From: an uncultured virus (IMG/VR IMGVR_UViG_2061766007_000832)
Lineage: Duplodnaviria > Heunggongvirae > Uroviricota > Caudoviricetes
Virus record (IMG/VR): IMGVR_UViG_2061766007_000832
Strand: one strand, 5' to 3'
Length of the DNA: 22,701 nucleotides
Shown in pieces: positions 15,753 to 22,701 of this stretch (positions within the stretch are counted from its first letter, which is position 1; every line of letters begins with the position of its first letter). Both the position numbers and the translations under genes were made by a program. The notes beneath the pieces were generated by a model. The model ran no database searches. It saw only the letters and a list, made by a program, of their open reading frames with translations, and had not been told where the DNA came from.

Positions 15753-16298
15753 TTAAATGACAGTGTACTTTTCTCCACCAATTGATGATACTTTCCTGTG
15801 TTTTCGCTTGCAATTTGAAATATAACTTGAACTTCTCCCAATACTTCTTGATGCTAATGCTTGTGACATGAAGGATGTTTTAGTGCCATTTTCATCAATA
15901 AGAATGCATGGTTTTTGGCAATGGAACAGCCCTGTTTTAAATCCATGTTGAATGTTTTCTTTTAAACTTATCCATTCAAGATTATTTGAATGATTGTTTA
16001 AATAATTACCATCTATATGGTTAACTGTAAGACCATCTCTATACCCATCACACCACGTAATAGCTATAAGTCTCGATACAAGCCAAGTTTTGTGACTGTT
16101 TCCTTTCCACAATTCAACACGAAAATCAGTTCTGCCCTTGCTGCTCTTGTAACATTTTTGTTTCATTATTCTTTGCTTCCACACACGTTTCTCGAATCTT
16201 TTACTGCTTGTTGTTTTACCTTCGCAAGTCCTGATTCGTCCATGTGTTGAAGCTTGATACAAACCTTCATATCCAGGGATGTCTTTCCACTGTTCCAT
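15753..16298 (-). CDS. NUMOD4-HNH homing endonuclease
   Basis: EQWKDIPGYEGLYQAS..GRIR; VNHIDGNYLNNHSNNLEW...ENIQH; AT-rich. Confidence 0.92.
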   Translation of the reverse strand: MEQWKDIPGYEGLYQASTHGRIRTCEGKTTSSKRFEKRVWKQRIMKQKCYKSSKGRTDFRVELWKGNSHKTWLVSRLIAITWCDGYRDGLTVNHIDGNYLNNHSNNLEWISLKENIQHGFKTGLFHCQKPCILIDENGTKTSFMSQALASRSIGRSSSYISNCKRKHRKVSSIGGEKYTVI

Positions 16299-16315
16299 AC
16301 TTTTATGCCCTTTTG

Positions 16316-16756
16316 TTACGAGTAGGCTAACTCATGGTCAAAAGGGAGTTCATCCGTTTCCACAGCGGTGAATCCGCCTTCTGTTGCAATCGGCTGGCTC
16401 ACACTGTTATCGCTGTCCACAGGTTCAGATTCTCCACGGGAAGATAGAAACTCAACCTCATCAGCGGTGATTTCCAGCTGGGCCTTGGTTGTTCCGTCGT
16501 TTGCCTGATACGTTCGGACAGACACAGGTCCGATCACACACACCTTCTTGCCTTTCGACAGATACTTGGCGCACAGCTCACCACGCTCACGCCACGCAGC
16601 GACGTTGAAGAAGTCTGCACTGGGCTGGTCATTGCCCTGATCGCCACGCCGTCTGCGATTGACGGCGATTGTAAAATTACACACGCTGGTTCCGTTTCCG
16701 GTCTGCCGGAGTTCAGGGTCTCTCGTAAGATTGCCTATGATAATGAGCTTATTGAT
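16316..16756 (-). CDS. ssb: Single-stranded DNA-binding protein
   Basis: (I/M)NKLIIIGNLTRDPELR..., ADFFNVAAW, YLSKGKKV, acidic DELPF tail; start appears to be ATC at 16756. Confidence 0.92.
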   Translation of the reverse strand: MNKLIIIGNLTRDPELRQTGNGTSVCNFTIAVNRRRRGDQGNDQPSADFFNVAAWRERGELCAKYLSKGKKVCVIGPVSVRTYQANDGTTKAQLEITADEVEFLSSRGESEPVDSDNSVSQPIATEGGFTAVETDELPFDHELAYS

Positions 16757-16770
16757 GGGGATCCTCTCCT

Positions 16771-17157
16771 TTACTTTATGTATTCAAGTTCTTTCTTAAT
16801 GTCTTCCGGAACGTTATCTTTCCATACGTAGCTGTTCTTCAGTACAAACTCGTTGTAGCTTGTGGCTGTACTGTTTGCCCGCATTTTCGCCTGATCAGAC
16901 CAGCTGCGTTGTTCTTTGCTGTCGCTGTCCTTGTACTGCTCGTAGATCAGTTTGTCTTCGGTATAGCTGGCGATCATCGCACGGCAGTTGTCCTCGACTT
17001 TCTTCAGCGTTTTGTAGTTTGTCGCATCGTCGGTCTTATGCACTGCGTACATGTTCGTGTTCCAGATGCTCCGACCGATGGGAGTGAGGGTCATAAAGAC
17101 GATCACTCCCAGCACGATCAGCGCAATTGCAAGCCATTTTCTTTCTTCGCTGTCCAT
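16771..17157 (-). CDS. Membrane-anchored phage protein (128 aa)
   Basis: N-terminal TM WLAIALIVLGVIVFMTL; abuts the lipoprotein gene. Confidence 0.75.
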   Translation of the reverse strand: MDSEERKWLAIALIVLGVIVFMTLTPIGRSIWNTNMYAVHKTDDATNYKTLKKVEDNCRAMIASYTEDKLIYEQYKDSDSKEQRSWSDQAKMRANSTATSYNEFVLKNSYVWKDNVPEDIKKELEYIK

Positions 17158-17721
17158 TTACTTCACCTCATACTGCACAACGGGATTGTCAACCTCGAAT
17201 GGGATATCACTGTACAGATATTCTCCGGTCCACTCAATGTAATTGCCGTTCGGTGTGAAGAAGAAAATACCGTTGTCGTTTTCACCGTAACTGCCGTCAA
17301 CATCGGCGAGCCAGTTGTTCTTCGCTGAATAACTTCCACCATACGCAAGTTCGTAATACTCACTGTCCGGAGTCAGATAACTGTTCAAACTCGACACCTT
17401 ACCGTCAACTACGAATCTGCCGGCAACCGTATTCCCTGCGAACAGAACCACATATCCGAGCGGTTTCTTTATGGGACACTCAACTGCTTTCGCCTTTTCT
17501 CTCATGCCGTTCACCCAGTACGTACGCCTGATCAGGTTGTATCGTTCAAGCGAGTAGTCGATATCAGTAGGTGTCGGCTGGTTTCCGGAAAGATTGTCGG
17601 CAATCTCCATCGTTGCCACCTGATCGAGTTTTGCACTTCCGGCTGATGTGTTCATATCACAGCTTGCGAGAGCGAACACGCACACAATGAGAACAACAAT
17701 AATTACAATCTTCTTTTTCAT
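17158..17721 (-). CDS. Lipoprotein (187 aa)
   Basis: MKKK plus hydrophobic stretch plus LASC lipobox; GGGAGGTG RBS. Confidence 0.8.
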   Translation of the reverse strand: MKKKIVIIVVLIVCVFALASCDMNTSAGSAKLDQVATMEIADNLSGNQPTPTDIDYSLERYNLIRRTYWVNGMREKAKAVECPIKKPLGYVVLFAGNTVAGRFVVDGKVSSLNSYLTPDSEYYELAYGGSYSAKNNWLADVDGSYGENDNGIFFFTPNGNYIEWTGEYLYSDIPFEVDNPVVQYEVK

Positions 17722-17735
17722 TTAATTCACCTCCC

Positions 17736-18389
17736 TTACTTCTCTGCTTCTGCCATCAGCTGACCGGCAAGATCATTCTGCGGTTCTTCTGCCGGCGCTG
17801 TCTGCTCAGCCTGTTTCTGCTTTTCCTGTTCTGCTTCAAGCGCTGCCTTGGCTTTCTGTCCGCACTCGACGCACAGGCACTTGCCGTACTTTTTCTTGCT
17901 GGCTGATGCGAGCGTCTCAGCCGTAAACGTACTCGTGCCGACAATATCTTTTCCGCACTCTTCGCATTTCGGAGCGACGTACTTCTGTCCGGTCGGAACC
18001 TTGTCACGAATCCGGATACCGTCCACCTTTTCTCCGGTGCTGGGGTCACGAACGTCATGCACGATGTACAGCTGGATCTTCTTGCCGACCAGCGTCTCAG
18101 CGTCCACTGCCTTGAACAGTTTCCGCAGCGTCTTCCGGTTCGTGGCGTTCACCACCAGCGGACGGACGTTGTTGATGCCATCAACCTTTTCTTCGGCGAA
18201 TACCATCACGTCGTGGTTTTCCTTGCCACGGGCCAGCGTGATTAAACCATTGTACAGGTTCTTGATCGTAAGGATCGGCTCGGTATTTGGTTCTATGTCT
18301 TCAGCGCCAAGATATTCACTGGTGCGGTGAGCGCCGAGACGTTCCTTCCCTTGCATGGGTTTGAGTGACTGAAGTTCTTTCGGGATCAT
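17736..18389 (-). CDS. Putative recombination/ssDNA-annealing partner protein with C-terminal Zn finger
   Basis: Directly after the RecE-like nuclease; LVVNATNRK, DGIRIR, CEECG...CVEC. Function inferred from position. Confidence 0.6.
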   Translation of the reverse strand: MIPKELQSLKPMQGKERLGAHRTSEYLGAEDIEPNTEPILTIKNLYNGLITLARGKENHDVMVFAEEKVDGINNVRPLVVNATNRKTLRKLFKAVDAETLVGKKIQLYIVHDVRDPSTGEKVDGIRIRDKVPTGQKYVAPKCEECGKDIVGTSTFTAETLASASKKKYGKCLCVECGQKAKAALEAEQEKQKQAEQTAPAEEPQNDLAGQLMAEAEK

Positions 18390-18403
18390 AGGTGTATACC
18401 TCC

Positions 18404-19219
18404 TTATTCTTCTTCCCCTTCAAAATTGATATAGCCGGGGATATAGGCTTCATTGGGGACATCGTCACAATATCCAGGCCATAGATCGACTTCCTTACAT
18501 TCATGCAACTTGCCGAGCAGATCATGATATACGTTCACGCCGTACTGCATTACGTCCGGAGTAACCTCGATAACGTTCACACTGTACGGTGGTTTCTTCT
18601 CCTGCACAACGAACAGAAACAGAGGACGATAGTCAATGTCGTAGTTGTGCATGACCGCTTCGGTATAGTGAGCAGATTGGAGAGTATAGCCGAGGTCGAA
18701 CATCTTCCGGATGAACTTGTCCGTGTCAGCATTCAGCGCCGTCTTGTAGTCCACCACGGCAATCCGTCCATCAAGGCATTTGATCAGTCGGTCAAGCTTT
18801 GCCTTGCACTTCTCGCCTGTCTCCGGATCGGTCCAGAACAGCGGGACTTCTGTCTCACCGTCCTCAGTCAGCAGACTATGCGCAAGCGTACACTTATGCA
18901 GTGCATCTGACATTTCCTGAATCGTCTTCAGATCCTCGGCAGAGATAATGGTCTTGCCTTCACTCTGTTCGAGGAACTGTTCATACATGGCTTTACCTTC
19001 TTTGGTCCGGCGGTCACATGCAGGAGCGACTGCATACTCATCGAAGAATGTGTCCGGTTCGAGAATCATCTTGTGCGCAGCGGAACCGAACGTCAGGGCC
19101 GGAGACGTTTCTTCCTGCGGGTTGTCGAGAAAGTACTTGTACTTCTCAGGGGAATCGTGCATCCGCCACAGGTCTGTTCTGCGGATGCCTTCTGCCAGGT
19201 TGTACTCTTTTTCTGTCAT
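18404..19219 (-). CDS. DUF3799 / exodeoxyribonuclease VIII (RecE)-like PD-(D/E)xK exonuclease
   Basis: FGSAAHKMILEP, DRRTKEGK, EVPLFWTD..TGEKCKAKLD, VVDYKT, Y.LQSAHY, QEKKPPY. Confidence 0.9.
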   Translation of the reverse strand: MTEKEYNLAEGIRRTDLWRMHDSPEKYKYFLDNPQEETSPALTFGSAAHKMILEPDTFFDEYAVAPACDRRTKEGKAMYEQFLEQSEGKTIISAEDLKTIQEMSDALHKCTLAHSLLTEDGETEVPLFWTDPETGEKCKAKLDRLIKCLDGRIAVVDYKTALNADTDKFIRKMFDLGYTLQSAHYTEAVMHNYDIDYRPLFLFVVQEKKPPYSVNVIEVTPDVMQYGVNVYHDLLGKLHECKEVDLWPGYCDDVPNEAYIPGYINFEGEEE

Positions 19220-19626
19220 GCGTTTTCTCCTTCGTATTCCTTATTTTCAATAATCTCCTGCATGCGTTTAAACATGTCATTAAACGCACGGGAGTTATTA
19301 CCGCACAGCTTTTTCAGGTGGCACAGGAACAGTCCCATGCGCTTACTGTACTTGTCACGATGGTCACGCTTTACAACGGTCTTGGTGCCGTCCGTCCAGT
19401 AGACGATGGTGGCGGGACCGTTATAGATAACACGTTCCGATTTGATAGGAGCTTTGGACTTTTCGCCATGCTCCTGACCTTTGCTTTCCTGACGAGAACA
19501 CTCATCATACATAAGGCCATCAATGCGTATTTTCCTATCCACGGAAAAAGCAATGTCATAACAAACCTCCGTAACGAATACCGTTGATCCGTCAGGTAAA
19601 AGAATTTTTTGTCCAGCATGAATCAT
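19216..19626 (-). CDS. Hypothetical phage protein (136 aa)
   Basis: AAAGGAG RBS; VIYNGPATIVYWTDGTKTVVK. Confidence 0.75.
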   Translation of the reverse strand: MIHAGQKILLPDGSTVFVTEVCYDIAFSVDRKIRIDGLMYDECSRQESKGQEHGEKSKAPIKSERVIYNGPATIVYWTDGTKTVVKRDHRDKYSKRMGLFLCHLKKLCGNNSRAFNDMFKRMQEIIENKEYEGENA

Positions 19627-19643
19627 TTGTTATTATTCTCCTT

Positions 19644-19660
19644 TACTCTTTTAAGTAGTA
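19644..19660. promoter_or_regulatory. 17-bp operator-like site
   Basis: TACTCTTTTAAGTAGTA adjacent to the RBS of 19216-19626. Confidence 0.5.
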
Positions 19661-19664
19661 GTAA

Positions 19665-19850
19665 GGGGATTTATAAAAGCCGGCTATCCCCGACCGGTTG
19701 GCATAGTTCCTCTTTCCATTGTGTTCCACCTGAAGAAAAGTTGTTCACGGGAAGGGTGAAGCTTTTCGAGAGGAACACATTCAAGGAGGGGTGGAATGCT
19801 CTGGCTTATAGCCATTGCCTGTATTATTTGCCGTCACTCTGTACGGCAGA
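19665..19850 (-). ncRNA. Candidate structured RNA
   Basis: Longest gene-free stretch of the operon, with many 6-8 bp complementary pairs and two possible pseudoknots. Confidence 0.45.
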
Positions 19851-19853
19851 CTA

Positions 19854-20399
19854 TCATTTTGCGTCCGGTCCGATGCGGTTCCGCACCTGATTCCGGCAGT
19901 ATCTTTTATCACGCCACTGTTTACGTTTATGGTCTTCGCTGATCGTAGTCACCGTTTGGTCACGTACTGCCTGGTTTTCCTGATCAAGCTTTTTTCTCCA
20001 TTTGGCATATCTTAAACANNNNNNNNNNNNNNNNNNNNNNNNNNNNNNNNNNNNNNNNNNNNNNNNNNNNNNNNNNNNNNNNNNNNNNNNNNNNNNNNNN
20101 NNNNNNNNNNNNNNNNNNNNNNNNNNNNGTAATAAACCTTAACGGTTGCCAGTGGTTTCAGCCAGCGCAATCGGTCACCGTTCACACGATTCCGGGCAGC
20201 GAGNNNNNNNNNNCCACTGTTTCCGCTTGTGGTCTTCGCTGATCGTGGTTACGGTTTTATCACGTACCGCCTGGTTTTCCTGATCAAGCTTTTTTCTCCA
20301 TTTGGCATATCTTAAACAAGTACTGTGACATGTGTCGGTTCGTTCAGAACACACCCTCGTGCATGGGCAATCCTTTCTCATTTTCCCATTAAACGACAT
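19854..20399 (-). CDS. Small Cys-rich phage protein (~81 aa), split by an assembly duplication
   Basis: MSFNGKMRKDCPCTRVC...CHSTC...KRKQW; the true C-terminus RDKRYCRNQVRNRIGPDAK* is in the duplicate copy ending at 19854. Confidence 0.65.
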
Positions 20400-20548
20400 T
20401 ATTGATCACCCGCCAGTTCAAGATACTGAGACTGTAGATACCCGCAATTGGTAACGCACCATTCGTCTGACCAATAATAAACCCTTACGGTTGCCAACGG
20501 TTTCAGCCAGCGCAATCGGTCACCGTTCACACGATTCCGGGCAGCGAG
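19914..20548. other. Haplotype duplication across N-gaps (probable assembly artefact)
   Basis: 19914-20018 ~ 20214-20318 and 20129-20203 ~ 20474-20548; differences mostly synonymous; bounded by gaps 20019-20128 and 20204-20213. Confidence 0.8.
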
Positions 20549-20929
20549 TCTTCCTTTGCTGACAATGGTAGCGGATTCATTTGTCCAGATCGGCTCGTCA
20601 TAGACAATATATCCGGAATGGATCCACCCTTCGTCTTCCTCAAGTCCCAGGTCAACGCAGTGCAGGAAGCCATTCTTTGATTTACCATCGAGTGTCAATT
20701 CGTCACCGCATTCAAATCTTCCGATTACGTCTGACTGCCTTGAAGGTGACTTCCGGACGTTAACATAGCTGTCACACAGAACGTAAGCTTCGGTTGTTTC
20801 GGATCTTGCGATAGATTCCAGCCAGCCCCACACAAGAACCATAGCGATGATGGCCAGGATGACTCCTGCCATCTGGATCAGAGTGCGAATCCACTTCCAC
20901 AGTTCAGTGTCACGAAATCTTTTCTTCAT
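20399..20929 (-). CDS. Membrane-anchored SH3b-domain protein
   Basis: N-terminal TM helix; YVNVRKSPSRQSDVIG...GWIHSGYI followed by a second SH3-like repeat. Confidence 0.8.
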   Translation of the reverse strand: MKKRFRDTELWKWIRTLIQMAGVILAIIAMVLVWGWLESIARSETTEAYVLCDSYVNVRKSPSRQSDVIGRFECGDELTLDGKSKNGFLHCVDLGLEEDEGWIHSGYIVYDEPIWTNESATIVSKGRLAARNRVNGDRLRWLKPLATVRVYYWSDEWCVTNCGYLQSQYLELAGDQ

Positions 20930-20956
20930 TGGTACCTCCTTTGTTAGCCGTGATAA

Positions 20957-21385
20957 TTAATCATTTTGGGACTTTGTTTGTGAAATAAAAGAGCCTTCAA
21001 ATTTCGTGAGTACAAGTGGCATAATCACAGGATCTGAACCGGCTGTCATGTGTTCTCCAAAGATGTTCATAAACTGCCAAAGTTGAAAGACCGTGTACCC
21101 TTCACTGTCTATTTCTGGCATACAATTCTTGATAATCCCTCTGTCATACTTGACATTGACTTCGTTCATGTAATTGTAGTAAATCTTTACCGCATCAGGA
21201 GTAAGCTTCACTTTGACAAAATCATTGAGGTCAATCGAAACCGTCACCTTTTTTCCTTCTTCGCTTTCTCCTTTGACTTCTTTGATGATATCCAACGCCC
21301 AACTTTCAATCATCAATTTGTTCCCTTTGTTTACTGCCATTTCTTTTATGTCCTCGCACAAGGAACATACTCTTGCGTAGTCCAT
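20957..21385 (-). CDS. Hypothetical phage protein (142 aa)
   Basis: GGAAGGTG RBS; IDLNDFVKVKLT...FQLWQFMNIFG. Confidence 0.75.
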   Translation of the reverse strand: MDYARVCSLCEDIKEMAVNKGNKLMIESWALDIIKEVKGESEEGKKVTVSIDLNDFVKVKLTPDAVKIYYNYMNEVNVKYDRGIIKNCMPEIDSEGYTVFQLWQFMNIFGEHMTAGSDPVIMPLVLTKFEGSFISQTKSQND

Positions 21386-21435
21386 TTACTCACCTTCCTT
21401 TCTACTGATGAATATCAGCCTATACACGGCTTCCG

Positions 21436-21603
21436 TTAATCTGTTACTTCCCACTCAATCTTTTCGTTCATGCATTTTGTACATTGTTCCCTTTGGCAAA
21501 TCTCAACAGGACAATCTATTGATGCAAGAAGCGGACATAGTGTACTTTTCACTATTGTTTCAATGAGCATTTCTTTTTCTTCCTGTGTGCAAACGATCTT
21601 CAT
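21436..21603 (-). CDS. Small Cys-rich hypothetical protein (55 aa)
   Basis: Hand translation MKIVCTQEEKEMLIE...CTKCMNEKIEWEVTD; ATGA-coupled. Confidence 0.65.
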   Translation of the reverse strand: MKIVCTQEEKEMLIETIVKSTLCPLLASIDCPVEICQREQCTKCMNEKIEWEVTD

Positions 21604-21888
21604 TCCTGCTCACCGTCCATTCGCCTACCATCAGCACAGAAGAATGTTTCTTCCTTTGGTCTTGGTGATTCGTTTTTNNNNNNNNNNACACCGGATGATC
21701 TCGTTATCTCTGTCCGCATATCCTTTTTCATACTGTTCTCTGTCATATGCCAATGCTTTCAACAGTTCAGCCTTATTGACATTTACACCAACCTTTTGAA
21801 CAGCTTTTATGATTTCCTTGCCCATATGTATTTCACTTGTTATTCGCATCTGGCTTGCAATTAGTTCAACCGGACTTTCATAGCACAC
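21600..21888 (-). CDS. Hypothetical phage protein spanning a gap
   Basis: ...ELLKALAYDREQYEKGY...EIIRC [gap 21678-21687], resuming in another frame as ...FFCADGRRMDGEQE*. Confidence 0.65.
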
Positions 21889-21977
21889 TAACTGTCACCT
21901 TCTTTCATGCCGTGAATACCGTCAGAAAGCTCATTTTCGCTTCTATCGCCATGTAAATGGCCTCCTTTAATATGTTG

Positions 21978-22241
21978 TTATATCCCGCTCCTCTCAAACG
22001 ACCGGAATAATTCATTGCTTGATACAACCTGCATGACTGGGATCATACCCTTTGCCCAGTTCAGAAAGCCTTCTCGTGGGATCCTGTAACTGCGACCGAT
22101 CTTGGTAATTGGAAAGCCGAGATACTTTGGGTCCTTTCCGGCTTCATCACGGATCAGCTGTGGTTCACAGTGAATGCAATCAGCTACTTCCTGCACCGTA
22201 AGGAAGTCACGATTCAGTCTTTCGATTTCATGAATAGTCAT
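21978..22241 (-). CDS. Excisionase-like winged-HTH DNA-binding protein
   Basis: FLTVQEVADCI...GFPITKIGRSYRIPREGFLNW (HTH_17-like). Confidence 0.8.
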   Translation of the reverse strand: MTIHEIERLNRDFLTVQEVADCIHCEPQLIRDEAGKDPKYLGFPITKIGRSYRIPREGFLNWAKGMIPVMQVVSSNELFRSFERSGI

Positions 22242-22658
22242 GTCCGTGTAACCATGTCCTGTGGACGGCGATACGTAACGGTTGCATGGTTGACAGTCAT
22301 TTTTCCATGTTCATATCCTGCCATGTTTTTGCCGTCCTGTTCGCTAATGATCGGTCGTGGCTGTTCCGGAAAGTTCTTCTTGTACTCTGCCATAAGCATT
22401 TCCACCCGGCGCTCATTGGTGAGGTATGGTGCATTGAGGGTCAGATACGTGATGGATTCCTCAAAGGTGTCTGTCTTCTCGCCGATCAGTTTGTAGATTC
22501 CATCGGCGACGTTCATGTAGTTCGTCCAGAAAGGGTTGTTCGGATNNNNNNNNNNACGGATTCTCCATATACCCACATTCAGCCATCGCATCGTGCAGTT
22601 TCAGCATTTCCCTGCAAGCATCTACGTCACGCAGTAATGCGTCTCTAATGTTCTGCAT
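22238..22658 (-). CDS. Hypothetical phage protein spanning a gap (~135 aa)
   Basis: AAGGAG RBS; MQNIRD...MENP joins PNNPFW... if the CGGAT flanking the 22546-22555 gap is an overlap. Confidence 0.65.
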
Positions 22659-22681
22659 CTTACTCTCCTTGTTGTTTATGT

Positions 22682-22698
22682 TACTCGTTTAAGTATTA
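22682..22698. promoter_or_regulatory. Degenerate 17-bp operator-like site
   Basis: TACTCGTTTAAGTATTA upstream of the first gene. Confidence 0.4.
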
Positions 22699-22701
22699 AT
22701 C

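Larger units (their letters stand above)
1..22701 (-). mobile_element. Phage/prophage early-replication module (Caudoviricetes, probably Bacillota host)
   Basis: Densely packed co-directional genes: RecE-like exonuclease, SSB, resolvase, SF2 helicase, CHC2, DUF927, HNH nucleases, MTase and many small hypotheticals. No housekeeping genes seen. Confidence 0.95.

Noticed and set aside
19914..20548. Diverged direct repeats suggesting a DGR template/variable repeat pair or a real tandem duplication
   Set aside because: Differences are mostly synonymous and not adenine-specific, there is no reverse transcriptase in the window, and the copies are bounded by N-gaps. Best explained as two strain haplotypes scaffolded in tandem.
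21405..21435. CTGATGA resembling a hammerhead ribozyme core
   Set aside because: No stem II followed by GAAA, and no compatible stems I/III.
21678..22555. Apparent frameshifts in the genes at 21600-21888 and 22238-22658
   Set aside because: Both coincide with 10-N placeholder gaps, so they are not biological evidence.
719..22648. Plus-strand ORFs in the track (e.g. 719-1231, 2815-3387, 14448-15017, 19018-19587)
   Set aside because: They are antisense shadows of well-supported minus-strand genes, with no RBS or recognisable motifs.

Overview
This window is the early/replication region of a tailed dsDNA phage or prophage. A Bacillota host is inferred from the strong GGAGG ribosome-binding sites and the gene content. 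Essentially all genes are on the minus strand. In transcription order they are: an excisionase-like HTH protein, small hypotheticals, an SH3 protein, a RecE-like (DUF3799) exonuclease and partner, a lipoprotein/membrane pair, SSB, a NUMOD4-HNH nuclease, a Holliday-junction resolvase, an SF2 helicase, a second HNH nuclease and a CHC2 primase zinc finger. An ~8 kb accessory block follows (Lar-like protein, fragmented C5-cytosine methyltransferase with a nested HNH, DUF4417, SPOUT RNA methyltransferase, ASCH), then a DUF927 helicase, an iteron-rich putative origin, a GT-A glycosyltransferase and a TagF-like glycerophosphotransferase that runs off the left edge. The most striking feature is the methyltransferase locus (8189-10435). 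It is split into several overlapping polypeptides, and its array of seven putative target-recognition modules carries six G7-G9 tracts. All six read in frame at G8: three are currently ON and three OFF. This suggests a combinatorial, phase-variable methylation-specificity switch. Other notable signals are a plus-strand ~90 nt sRNA with promoter and terminator, a structured ~190 nt intergenic RNA candidate, a 17-bp TACT-N9-AGTA motif in five intergenic sites, and an ATC-initiated SSB. The scaffold has five N-gaps and one haplotype-duplication artefact. All family assignments come from motif recognition by eye, not from database searches.
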